Shown: one piece after another, positions 6,438 through 14,674 of the stretch
Layout of the letters: every line of letters starts with the position of its first letter
Numbering within the stretch: the first letter of the stretch is position 1
From: an uncultured Deinococcales bacterium
Lineage (GTDB): Bacteria; Deinococcota; Deinococci; Deinococcales; JAAFIG01
NCBI GenBank assembly: GCA_964247135.1
Contig: CAXTTL010000110.1
Span: 1 to 15,628, forward strand
Reading direction: 5' to 3'
DNA: 15,628 bases
Position numbers and translations under genes: made by a program
The notes under the pieces: model-generated
The model's input: the letters and a program-made list of their open reading frames with translations, nothing else
Database searches by the model: none
Told to the model about the DNA's origin: nothing

Positions 6438-9095
6438 ATGAAGTATTCACGTTATACGTTGATGCTTGTAGTTGGTCTCACCCTGGGGGCTTGCAATCAA
6501 GCCGCGCCGCAAGAAATTGCCATCGTCGGCGATCAACCGAGCGCCAAGGCGAACCTCTCGAGTGCGAGCGGCTTTCAAAGCCTGATGCCGCTCAATGCCC
6601 TGCCGGCGGTCAACGACCAAATGGTCAACGAAACGCCCAAATCTTGGTTCGTCGAATTGAGCGGCAACCCGGAAGCCGACGGCGGCGTTCGCTCGAGCTT
6701 GGATTCAGAGCGGGCAGGCTTCAAACGCGATGCCAACAGCCAAGGCGTGAAATACGAGGTGCGCCGTTCGTACAGCGACTTGTTCAACGGTTTTTCGGTG
6801 CGGGCAAGTGGCAGCGAAATCGTTAAAATCTCGCGCCTGCCAGGGGTTCGGTCGGTTTACCCAGTCGGTCAATCGACGCTTCCCAAAAGCGAAGTGGTCT
6901 CCAACCCCGACCTTGCCACCGCCATCACCATGACCGGCGCGGACATCGCCCAGAACGAACTCGGGCTTGATGGTCGCGGCGTCAAAGTGGGCGTGATCGA
7001 CAGCGGCATTGACCTTCAGCATCCAGACCTGGCGGGACGCATCACCAACCAATACGATTTTGTTGGCGACGCCTACAACGCCGACCCCAGCAGCCCAAGT
7101 TTTAACCCAGTGCCAACGCCAGACCCAATCGCCGACGATTGCGGGGGTCACGGCACGCACGTCGCAGGCATCATTGGTGCGAACGGTCAAGTCAAAGGCG
7201 TTGCCCCAGCCGTCAGCTTCGGTGCGTACCGCGTCTTCGGTTGTGAAGGCTCAACCGATGACGACGTGCTCTTGGCGGCTTTGGAGCGTGCCAAAGCCGA
7301 CGGTATGCAAGTCATCAACATGAGCCTCGGGTCATCGTTCGGCTGGGCGCAATCGCCACTGGCTCGAGCCTCGAGCCGTCTGGTCAAAAAAGGCATTGTG
7401 GTGGTCGCCTCGGCGGGCAACAGCGGCGATTTGGGCTTGTACTCGACGGGTGGACCCTCGGCGGGCGAAGAGGTCATTTCGGTGGCTTCGTTTGATAACA
7501 TTGCCGTCAGCTTGCCGTACTTTACGGTGTCCCCAAATCAAACCCATGTCGGTTACATCGAAGCCACGGGCGCACCGGCAGCACCAACCTCGGGCATGGC
7601 AGGCATTGCACGCACCGGTACGATCACCACCACCAACGATGCTTGTGCACCACTGGCGGCGGGCAGCCTGACGGGCAAGACCGCACTGATTCGCCGTGGC
7701 ACTTGCTCGTTTTATTCCAAAGCCAAAAATGCCCAAGATGCGGGCGCGGGCGCCGTGGTCTTGTACAACAATGCGGCTGGACGAATCAACCCGACCGTGG
7801 CGGGCAGCCCAGCCATCACCATTCCGGTAGTTGCGATCACCCGCGAAGACGGGATTGCCATCAATGCGCTCTTGGACGCCGCAGCGGTCGATCAAACCTG
7901 GACCAACCAACGCGACGGATTCCCAGTCCCAACCGGCAACCTGATCTCGAGCTTCAGCTCTTACGGACTGGTGCCAGACCTCAGCCTCAAGCCCGACATT
8001 GGTGCGCCCGGCGGTCTGATCCGCTCGACCTATCCACTCGAGCTTGGCGGTTACGCCACCCTCAGCGGCACGTCCATGTCCTCGCCGCACGTGGCTGGCG
8101 CGGTGGCGTTGCTGTTGCAATCCAACCCCGACATCAAAGCCATCGACGTGCGCAGTTTGCTGCAAAATACCGCCAGCCCTCGAGCCTGGTTTGGCAATCC
8201 AACCCTCGGCTATCTGGACAGTGTGCACCACCAGGGCGCGGGCATGTTGCGCATCGATTCTGCCGTGCTCAGCCCAACCACCGTTTACCCATCCAAGCTC
8301 TCGTTGGGTGAAAGCGCAAACGGACCTGTACAAAACGAACTCGAGGTGGTCAATGACAGCCCAACTGCCGTCACCTATACCCTCAGCCACGAGCCAGCCC
8401 TGTCCACTGGACCCAATACCTACGCCCCAGCATTTGGCACAGGCTTTGCCAGCACAACCTTCAGTTCGCCGACCGTGCGCGTTGAACGCCGCAGCAAAGG
8501 CACCGTCAGTGTCACCATCACCGCCAACCCAGCCCTTCCTGACCGCAGCATTTACGGCGGTTACATTGTCCTGACGCCCGACAACGGCGGACAGGTGATC
8601 CGCGTGCCTTACGCCGGCTTCAAAGGCGATTACCAAGCGATTCAGGTGCTCTCACCAACCGCCTATAACTTGCCGTGGCTGGCAAAAGTGGTTGGCACAA
8701 ACCTGGTCAATCAAACGGCTGGCGCGAGCTTCACGATGCAAGCTGGCGACTTCCCAGAAATCTTATACCACCTCGACCACCAATCCAGGCGCTTGCGATT
8801 TGACGTCTACAACATTGCCACGCCCAAAAAGACCTTCCTGATTGACGGCGCGGATTACCTGATTCGCAATTCGGGTCCAAATGGTTTCTTTGCGCTCGAG
8901 TGGGACGGCACCGCCACCAAAGACGCCGAGGTTGCCGAGAACGGTTTTGTCACGCCAGACCCCAAGAAGATCGTGACCTTGCCCAACGGTCAATACGCCA
9001 TCAAGATTACCGTCACCAAAGCGCTGGGCAAATTCAACCGACCCAGCGACACCGAAACTTGGATTTCGCCCACCATCACTGTTGCCCGTCCTTGA
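6438..9095 (+). CDS. Lipoprotein subtilisin-like S8 serine protease (I9-like propeptide, S8 catalytic domain with PA insert, Fn3-like C-terminal domains; Vpr-like)
   Basis: Lipobox LGAC. Triad motifs VIDSGID, HGTHVAG and GTSMSSPHVAG; oxyanion SAGN; PA domain ALIRRGTCSFYSKAKNAQDAGAGAVVLYN; KPDIGAPG. SD GGAGGT upstream. Confidence 0.95.
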   Translation: MKYSRYTLMLVVGLTLGACNQAAPQEIAIVGDQPSAKANLSSASGFQSLMPLNALPAVNDQMVNETPKSWFVELSGNPEADGGVRSSLDSERAGFKRDANSQGVKYEVRRSYSDLFNGFSVRASGSEIVKISRLPGVRSVYPVGQSTLPKSEVVSNPDLATAITMTGADIAQNELGLDGRGVKVGVIDSGIDLQHPDLAGRITNQYDFVGDAYNADPSSPSFNPVPTPDPIADDCGGHGTHVAGIIGANGQVKGVAPAVSFGAYRVFGCEGSTDDDVLLAALERAKADGMQVINMSLGSSFGWAQSPLARASSRLVKKGIVVVASAGNSGDLGLYSTGGPSAGEEVISVASFDNIAVSLPYFTVSPNQTHVGYIEATGAPAAPTSGMAGIARTGTITTTNDACAPLAAGSLTGKTALIRRGTCSFYSKAKNAQDAGAGAVVLYNNAAGRINPTVAGSPAITIPVVAITREDGIAINALLDAAAVDQTWTNQRDGFPVPTGNLISSFSSYGLVPDLSLKPDIGAPGGLIRSTYPLELGGYATLSGTSMSSPHVAGAVALLLQSNPDIKAIDVRSLLQNTASPRAWFGNPTLGYLDSVHHQGAGMLRIDSAVLSPTTVYPSKLSLGESANGPVQNELEVVNDSPTAVTYTLSHEPALSTGPNTYAPAFGTGFASTTFSSPTVRVERRSKGTVSVTITANPALPDRSIYGGYIVLTPDNGGQVIRVPYAGFKGDYQAIQVLSPTAYNLPWLAKVVGTNLVNQTAGASFTMQAGDFPEILYHLDHQSRRLRFDVYNIATPKKTFLIDGADYLIRNSGPNGFFALEWDGTATKDAEVAENGFVTPDPKKIVTLPNGQYAIKITVTKALGKFNRPSDTETWISPTITVARP

Positions 9096-9120
9096 GGGTT
9101 TAAGAATCTTGGTTTGTATC

Positions 9121-9160
9121 AAAACGCGCCTATCGATAAATGGTGGGCGCGTTTTCTATT
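9121..9160 (+). terminator. Intrinsic terminator after the S8 protease gene
   Basis: Stem aaaacgcgcctatc / ggtgggcgcgtttt (two G-U pairs), 7-nt loop, T-rich tail, 26 nt after the stop. Confidence 0.8.
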
Positions 9161-9191
9161 TTGAACAGCCTTAACGGGATCGATTCTCGAG

Positions 9192-9436
9192 GGGTGCGTC
9201 CATAGATTGAGTATAAACTCCCTCAAATTTGGATTTCGACTGAATTTCCGCAAGCCCTCACCCCGTCGTTCGCTGCGCTCACAACGACCCTCTCCCGAAT
9301 ATTCGGGAGAGGGTGACGAGCCTCGGCGAGTCGGGTGAGGGCTGCTGGCGATTTTTGGCAAAACAGAAAATACGGCTGTCCTGAACGTAGTCATCGTTTT
9401 TGCTTAGATTCCTGTACCCAATCTGTGGACGTACCC
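9192..9436. mobile_element. Non-autonomous MITE-like element, 245 bp, 24-bp imperfect TIRs, 8-9 bp target duplication
   Basis: Left end gggtgcgtccatagattgagtata (9192-9215) versus reverse complement of right end gggtacgtccacagattgggtaca (9413-9436), 20/24 identical. Flanks are aTTCTCGAG (9183-9191) and tTTCTCGAG (9437-9445). No transposase ORF. Confidence 0.75.
9253..9343. repeat. BoxC-like nested palindromic (cruciform) repeat
   Basis: Outer stem agccctcaccc/gggtgagggct, inner stem gtcgtt/aacgac, and a perfect 28-bp palindrome accctctcccgaatattcgggagagggt (9287-9314). Confidence 0.75.
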
Positions 9437-9481
9437 TTTCTCGAGTTGGTCAAAAAACCAAACTCGAGAATTCATAAAAAC

Positions 9482-9539
9482 CGTGTCTGACAGAATTTTC
9501 TCTCGTGTCACGCTCGTGTCACGCTCTATTTTGTATGGT
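9482..9539 (+). promoter_or_regulatory. 11-bp-phased direct repeats (PhoB/OmpR-type box candidate) upstream of a possible -10
   Basis: ctcgtgtcacg occurs twice in tandem (9502-9523), a third cgtgtc lies 22 bp earlier (9482), and TATGGT follows at 9534-9539. Confidence 0.4.
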
Positions 9540-9771
9540 ACGGCTCGAGCAGGAAAAAGGGAGAAAATGATGGGTTACGAAAAAGCAACGACTCTGGTTG
9601 GGAAATTCCCAAAGAAGACTTCACCCCCGAAACTCGAGGAAGGTTGAACCGTTTCTGGAGCTTGAGACTGGTTTGGATTATAATATTTTTGGTCTGGTTG
9701 AGGCTCAACATGGTCGGTCAGGTTCATTGTTTGGCTTGAAGGCGCTCGAGAATTTAAGGTTCAAGGAGCTT

Positions 9772-10899
9772 ATGTTGAACATTCGTCTTGGTTGGATTTC
9801 TTTGCTGGCGCTGGGCTTGAGTGCCTGCCCTCAAAATGCAATCCCAGCCGATCATCTGGTGTTGGTGTCTCAGGCTGGCTCGAGTACCCTGGCGGTCATT
9901 GACCCAGGCAGCGGTGAGACGATCAAACGAATTACGGTCGGTGGTTTACCGCACCGTTTGCTGGTGCTTGGCGACAAAGTTTACGCGCTGCTGGTCGGTT
10001 CGCAAGCCATTGCCGAAATTGACATCAAGTCCCTCGAGGTCACGCGCACCATGTTGACCGCAGCGGTGCCCAAAAATCGCAGCGATGGCAGCCTGATTCA
10101 GGGGCACATTGACCGAGACGCTTTTTCCAAAACCACCTGTTTTGCCTGCCACAACACCAGCGCCGAGGGCGTCAAACCGTTCGTGGTCGGTGAGCGCCCC
10201 GTGGGTTTAACGCCCTCGAGCGACGGCAGCAAACTGATCGTCTCGCACCTTCGCAACTCGAGGTTGAGTGTGCTGGACCGAAGTTCTGGCAGACTCGAGC
10301 AAAGCGTGATGCTAAGCCCAACGGGGACGGCTTCAGAATTGTCTGATGTGGCAAGCCTTGGGCAAAAATTGGTCGTGACCATGCGGTCAGCGCAACCGAG
10401 CACCACTCCTGGCGTGGTGCGTTGGTTAAACGCCGATACGCTCGAGGCGGTCTCGGAATTTGCGACTGGCAGCGACCCGAGTTTTATCCTAGCCATTCCC
10501 AACCGCGACAGTGCTTTGGTTTCAAATTTTGAGTCCAACACCGTCACCGAATTTAAGGCAGATGCCGCGCCCGTCTCGCACGAGGTCACCCCAGGTCCAC
10601 TTGGCACACGGCACCTGCCGGACGGGCGAATTTTGACGCTCAATTATTACTCGAACAGCGTTTCAATTCTTGATTTGGTCAAAAACCAGAGCAGCACCTT
10701 CAAACTCGAGTTGGACAACCAAGAATTTGTCAATCCAACCAATGCCGCGCTCTCGCCAGATGGTCAAGTGGCGTACATCGTCTCGAGCGGGACCGACGCG
10801 CATTTGTTGGTGTTTGATTTGCAATTGCAACGGGTCGTAAAAGCCATAAAAATTGATGGTCTGAGTTTTGATGTGGTTGTGATTCCGCGCATTCCGTGA
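9772..10899 (+). CDS. Lipoprotein with YVTN/YncE-type beta-propeller and one CxxCH heme c-binding motif (375 aa)
   Basis: ATG 9772 with SD AAGGAG; lipobox LSAC. Propeller repeats such as TLAVIDPGSGETIKRITVGGLPHRL, VGERPVGLTPSSDGSKLIVS and NPTNAALSPDGQVAYI. CFACH at 10138-10152. Confidence 0.85.
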   Translation: MLNIRLGWISLLALGLSACPQNAIPADHLVLVSQAGSSTLAVIDPGSGETIKRITVGGLPHRLLVLGDKVYALLVGSQAIAEIDIKSLEVTRTMLTAAVPKNRSDGSLIQGHIDRDAFSKTTCFACHNTSAEGVKPFVVGERPVGLTPSSDGSKLIVSHLRNSRLSVLDRSSGRLEQSVMLSPTGTASELSDVASLGQKLVVTMRSAQPSTTPGVVRWLNADTLEAVSEFATGSDPSFILAIPNRDSALVSNFESNTVTEFKADAAPVSHEVTPGPLGTRHLPDGRILTLNYYSNSVSILDLVKNQSSTFKLELDNQEFVNPTNAALSPDGQVAYIVSSGTDAHLLVFDLQLQRVVKAIKIDGLSFDVVVIPRIP

Positions 10900-10966
10900 C
10901 AGCTAAATAACGGCAATCGATCAGCTCGAGCTTCCCTCGAGGGCGCAAGTGTTTCAGGAGGTGGGT

Positions 10967-12880
10967 ATGAAAAAGTTATTCGGTGCATGGATGCCGCGAC
11001 TCGTCTTGACCCTGGGGTTTGGTTTGGTCGCCTGCGGTGGGGGCAGCAACCCTCCCCCTGGTCCGACGGACACTGGGGTGGTCGCCGGTTTGGTCACCGA
11101 CATCAGCAACGGCGCAAGGTTGGCGGGCGTGAAAGTCACGCTGGTCGGAGGCAGCACCACGGTCAACACCGACAGCAAGGGCGAATTTGCCCTCAGCAAC
11201 CTGGCGACCGGAACCATCAACTTCTCGCTCGAGAAGACCGGATTTGCGCCCAGTTACGCCAGCGCCGAGGTGGGCAACACCGCGCAGACGGTGCTGGTCA
11301 GTTTAAAAAAAGAAGGCTCGAGGCAGACGTATGATGCCTCGCAAACCAAAACCTTGATTCAACGCACCGAGGCTGGACCGTATGCCGTGATTTTCACGGC
11401 GGGCAGCTTGGACACCAGCGACACCAACCTCAAGGTTTCAATCACGCCGCTCGATCCGACCAAAGAACTTTCCGCCCTGCCGGGCGAACTGGCAACCAGC
11501 AGCACGCCGCTGTCGGCGGTGACCTTCGCCGAATTCACGATTTACGACTCGAGCGGCAAAAAAGTCAACCTCAAAGCGGGCGCCAACGCGATGGTCGAAC
11601 TGCCCATTCCGGCTGATTTGCGCGTTCAATACCCCTTGGGGGCAATCATTCACTGTTATGCCTACAACCCGCAAACGGGCAAATGGGAGGATTTTGTCGA
11701 GGGTACGGTCGTCACCTCGAGCGTCGATAACAGCACCCCAGTGCTTCGCGCCCAGATCAGGCACTTCAGTTGGTACGGTGGCGCTCCAGAAGTCAAAAAG
11801 CAACGCTGCGCTCGGGTGAAAGTCCGCAGCGCCCTGACCGGCGCGATTCTCGAGGGGGCGAGGGTGACGGCAAGCCCTGGGCTGAGTGCCACCACCAACG
11901 CCAACGGTTCGGCGAACATCACCGTCGAAGACGGTGTGCCTGTGACCTTCACCGCCAGCCGAACCTATCCAAACAGTTACGTCGAGAATGGGATCATCGT
12001 GACCAAACCTGGCTTTCCTGGAAAGGTCATCGAGATCGGCAAGGTCACACGCCTGCCCAACATCTGGGTGGATGATCCAGGCAAACCCTGCACAAAACCC
12101 GCCGCCCAAACCCCTGAACCCCCCACCCGAGATGCCGCCGATGGTCTTGAAATCGTCATGGGACTTGCGCCCGACGCTGTATACCAAGCCTTTGGTCAAC
12201 TGAACACCAGCGGTTTTTCCTTGATCTTGCAAAAAGGCATTCCCAACACCGACGGCGGCATCGACGAGCCTGAAGCCGCCGGAGGCGCCAAAATCATGCT
12301 CTCGGATGGCAGCACCAGTGTCAACCTGCAAGAAATACCTTCTGGGCAACCGAACGTTTCCACCGGTTATTACAGCCTACCGACGGTTGCCCCAACGCTG
12401 AGCATTCAACCAGGCGGGCGTTACACCGTGACCATCGACGGCGATGCCAACGGCACCATTGATGGTTCGGGTTCTGCCTCGGTGGTCGGGCACCTTGCCT
12501 TCAGCAACATTGTCCAGGGCGGACAATACACCGCCAACGGTTTTACGGTCGCCTGGACCGATTCTGGTACAGCCACGCCTGGATACAACGTCTTGTATCA
12601 GGTTCTGGCGCTGCCCAAAAACGCGCAACAATCCTCGAGTATCGGTTTTTACACCGGCTCGAGCCTCAGCGCCAGCTTGGGGGTGATCGATTTCGCCAAT
12701 CCTGGTGGCTTGCCACAACCCTTAACGCCTGGCAATTACAGCATCTCTTTGACTGGTTTCAGCGGTGGTTTTGCCGCCGCGACCGGTTTTAGCCAAAGCG
12801 ATAACATCACGGGCGTTGGGGTGAGCGGTCAGTTGTTCAGTTTCGGTTCGGTTCCGCAAGTGGACGTCACGCTGAAATAA
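10967..12880 (+). CDS. Lipoprotein with carboxypeptidase-regulatory-like (Ig-like) domains and an HFS-motif beta domain (637 aa)
   Basis: ATG 10967 with SD AGGAGGT; lipobox LVAC followed by a GGGSNPPPGP linker. VAGLVTDISNGARLAGVKVTL..TDSKGEFALSNL..LEKTGF matches the CarboxypepD_reg pattern. Also YAYNPQTGKWE..RAQIRHFSWY and a second Ig-like unit. Confidence 0.85.
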   Translation: MKKLFGAWMPRLVLTLGFGLVACGGGSNPPPGPTDTGVVAGLVTDISNGARLAGVKVTLVGGSTTVNTDSKGEFALSNLATGTINFSLEKTGFAPSYASAEVGNTAQTVLVSLKKEGSRQTYDASQTKTLIQRTEAGPYAVIFTAGSLDTSDTNLKVSITPLDPTKELSALPGELATSSTPLSAVTFAEFTIYDSSGKKVNLKAGANAMVELPIPADLRVQYPLGAIIHCYAYNPQTGKWEDFVEGTVVTSSVDNSTPVLRAQIRHFSWYGGAPEVKKQRCARVKVRSALTGAILEGARVTASPGLSATTNANGSANITVEDGVPVTFTASRTYPNSYVENGIIVTKPGFPGKVIEIGKVTRLPNIWVDDPGKPCTKPAAQTPEPPTRDAADGLEIVMGLAPDAVYQAFGQLNTSGFSLILQKGIPNTDGGIDEPEAAGGAKIMLSDGSTSVNLQEIPSGQPNVSTGYYSLPTVAPTLSIQPGGRYTVTIDGDANGTIDGSGSASVVGHLAFSNIVQGGQYTANGFTVAWTDSGTATPGYNVLYQVLALPKNAQQSSSIGFYTGSSLSASLGVIDFANPGGLPQPLTPGNYSISLTGFSGGFAAATGFSQSDNITGVGVSGQLFSFGSVPQVDVTLK

Positions 12881-12901
12881 GCCAGTCCTTTAAGGAATCA
12901 A

Positions 12902-12930
12902 GTGGTGAACTCGAGCTTCGAGTTCACCAC
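12902..12930 (+). terminator. Strong hairpin after the lipoprotein gene, probable terminator
   Basis: 13-bp perfect stem gtggtgaactcga / tcgagttcaccac with a 3-nt loop; the U-tract is weak. Confidence 0.6.
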
Positions 12931-13037
12931 ATCATTTCTCGAGAGAAAAATCCCAAGCGTCACTTTTGCAACCCAAATTCCTCGAGCCAGTTAAAGTTCT
13001 TCTGAAAAATGCGAACAATTTATTGCACAAAACGCGC

Positions 13038-13043
13038 TATGAT
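13038..13043 (+). promoter_or_regulatory. -10 element of a probable leaderless transcript
   Basis: TATGAT lies 5 nt upstream of ATG 13049 and no SD is present. Confidence 0.55.
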
Positions 13044-13048
13044 GCCTT

Positions 13049-14674
13049 ATGTTTGAGGCGAAAACAGTCACTCCAGCTTGGATTCGTTCGCAACTGATCG
13101 GTGCAAGCTCGAGCATCACAACGCCGTTTGGATCAAGGGCGTTAACCTACGCCGATTATGTGGCGTCTGGGCGATCCCTCGAGTTTGTTGAACAAGTCAT
13201 TCGGGAAAAAGTCTTGCCATTTTACGCCAACACCCACACCGAAGATTCGTTCACTGGGGCGCAGACCACGCACTTGGCGCACGAAGCCGCCGAGTACATC
13301 AAAACCCAAGTTGGCGCAATAGATTACAAGATTGTCTTCGCGGGTTCGGGGTCTACCGCCGCCATCAAACGCCTGCAAGACATTCTGGGCTTGAGCGTTC
13401 CCAGCAACCGCCGCGCCGCCATCCTTGCCGCCATGCCGCCGCTCGAGCGTCCAGTGGTCTTCGTTGGTCCTTACGAACATCACAGCAACGAGGTCTCATG
13501 GCGCGAAAGCCTTGCCGAAGTCGTCGAGATTCCCTTGTGCCCCAAAGGTCTGATTGACTTGGACGCGCTTCACGCCGCACTGACCGACTCGAGGTTCGCG
13601 GGTCGCCCCAAGATCGGGTCGTTCTCGGCTGCGAGCAATGTCACGGGCATTATTTCGGACACGCGTTCGGCGGCAAGGCTTCTTCATGCCCAGGGGGCGT
13701 TCGCATTTTTTGATTTCGCCGCCTCTGCGCCTTACGTCAAAATTGACATGAAACCAGGCAAGTTAGACGGTTACGATGCGATTTTTATTTCACCGCACAA
13801 ATTCGTGGGTGGTCCTGGCACGCCTGGCATTCTGATCTTTAACCCTGCCCTGTACAGCCTCTCGAGTCCGAGTACCGCAGGCGGTGGCACGGTCACCTAC
13901 GTCAATTCGGGCGAGCATTATTTTACCTCCGACATCGAAGCCAGGGAAGACGCCGGAACGCCCGCGATTACCCAGAAAATTCGTGCCGCACTGGCGTTTT
14001 GGGTCAAAAACGCCTTGGGCGTTGAAAACATCGAAAAACTCGAGAAACACTATATCCGCACCGCCATCAGCCGTTTAAGGGCACATCCCAAACTCGAGCT
14101 TCTGGGCAACCTCGAGACGCCACGGCTGGCAATCCTGTCGTTTTTGGTCCGTTGTCCCGAAGGTGGGTATTTGCATCCGCGTTTTGTGGTGAGGCTTTTG
14201 AATGATCTTTTTGGTATTCAGTCCAGGGGCGGTTGTGCCTGCGCCGGACCGTATGGGCATAAGTTGCTCGACATCGACGCCGCACACTCGGACGGCTACC
14301 GTGACGCCATTTTGGAGGGGTTTGAGGGCATCAAACCAGGTTGGACGCGCCTTAATTTTAATTCGTTCATCAGCCCCGAAGAGTTTGAATTCTTGCTGAG
14401 GGCGCTCGAGTTTGTTGCCGATGCTGGCGAGCGTTTTGTGCAACTGTACGATTTTGACTGGCGTTCGGGGGCTTGGAAACACCCGCTTGATATTGCGCCG
14501 CAAAGTTTGTTCTCAAATCTCGAGCCTGAAATCACCTCGAGCCAGACTGCCACAATTCCAGATTACGCGGCTTACCTCGAGTTCGCCCACAAGCTCGCCG
14601 CCAGTCTCGAGTTGACAGCCTCACGTCCAATCCCGCCCGAAGTCAACCCTGAATTGGTGTCCTTTAAACGCTAA
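13049..14674 (+). CDS. Class V PLP-dependent aminotransferase, cysteine desulfurase-like
   Basis: YADYVASGR, YANTHTE, EHHSNEVSW, SAASNVTG, FDFAASAPY, PLP-lysine motif SPHKFVGGPG, EDAGTP, and RGGCACAGPY (equivalent to the SufS catalytic-Cys loop). Confidence 0.9.
   Translation: MFEAKTVTPAWIRSQLIGASSSITTPFGSRALTYADYVASGRSLEFVEQVIREKVLPFYANTHTEDSFTGAQTTHLAHEAAEYIKTQVGAIDYKIVFAGSGSTAAIKRLQDILGLSVPSNRRAAILAAMPPLERPVVFVGPYEHHSNEVSWRESLAEVVEIPLCPKGLIDLDALHAALTDSRFAGRPKIGSFSAASNVTGIISDTRSAARLLHAQGAFAFFDFAASAPYVKIDMKPGKLDGYDAIFISPHKFVGGPGTPGILIFNPALYSLSSPSTAGGGTVTYVNSGEHYFTSDIEAREDAGTPAITQKIRAALAFWVKNALGVENIEKLEKHYIRTAISRLRAHPKLELLGNLETPRLAILSFLVRCPEGGYLHPRFVVRLLNDLFGIQSRGGCACAGPYGHKLLDIDAAHSDGYRDAILEGFEGIKPGWTRLNFNSFISPEEFEFLLRALEFVADAGERFVQLYDFDWRSGAWKHPLDIAPQSLFSNLEPEITSSQTATIPDYAAYLEFAHKLAASLELTASRPIPPEVNPELVSFKR

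Noticed and set aside
7332-8636. 434-aa antisense ORF (also 11438-12349)
   Set aside because: In-register antisense shadows of well-supported genes, expected from codon bias.
9253-9343. tRNA-like cloverleaf
   Set aside because: No T-loop or D-loop consensus, no anticodon loop (the central arm is a loopless palindrome) and no CCA end.
9119-9394. 91-aa minus ORF (..SSPHPTRRGSSPSPEYSGEGR..)
   Set aside because: A translation of the MITE and BoxC-like palindrome, with no transposase motif.
9598-9771. N-terminal extensions of track ORFs (starts at 9598, 10949, 15108, 4379)
   Set aside because: Downstream ATGs have better SD or -10 context, restore N-terminal signal peptides, or remove overlaps.
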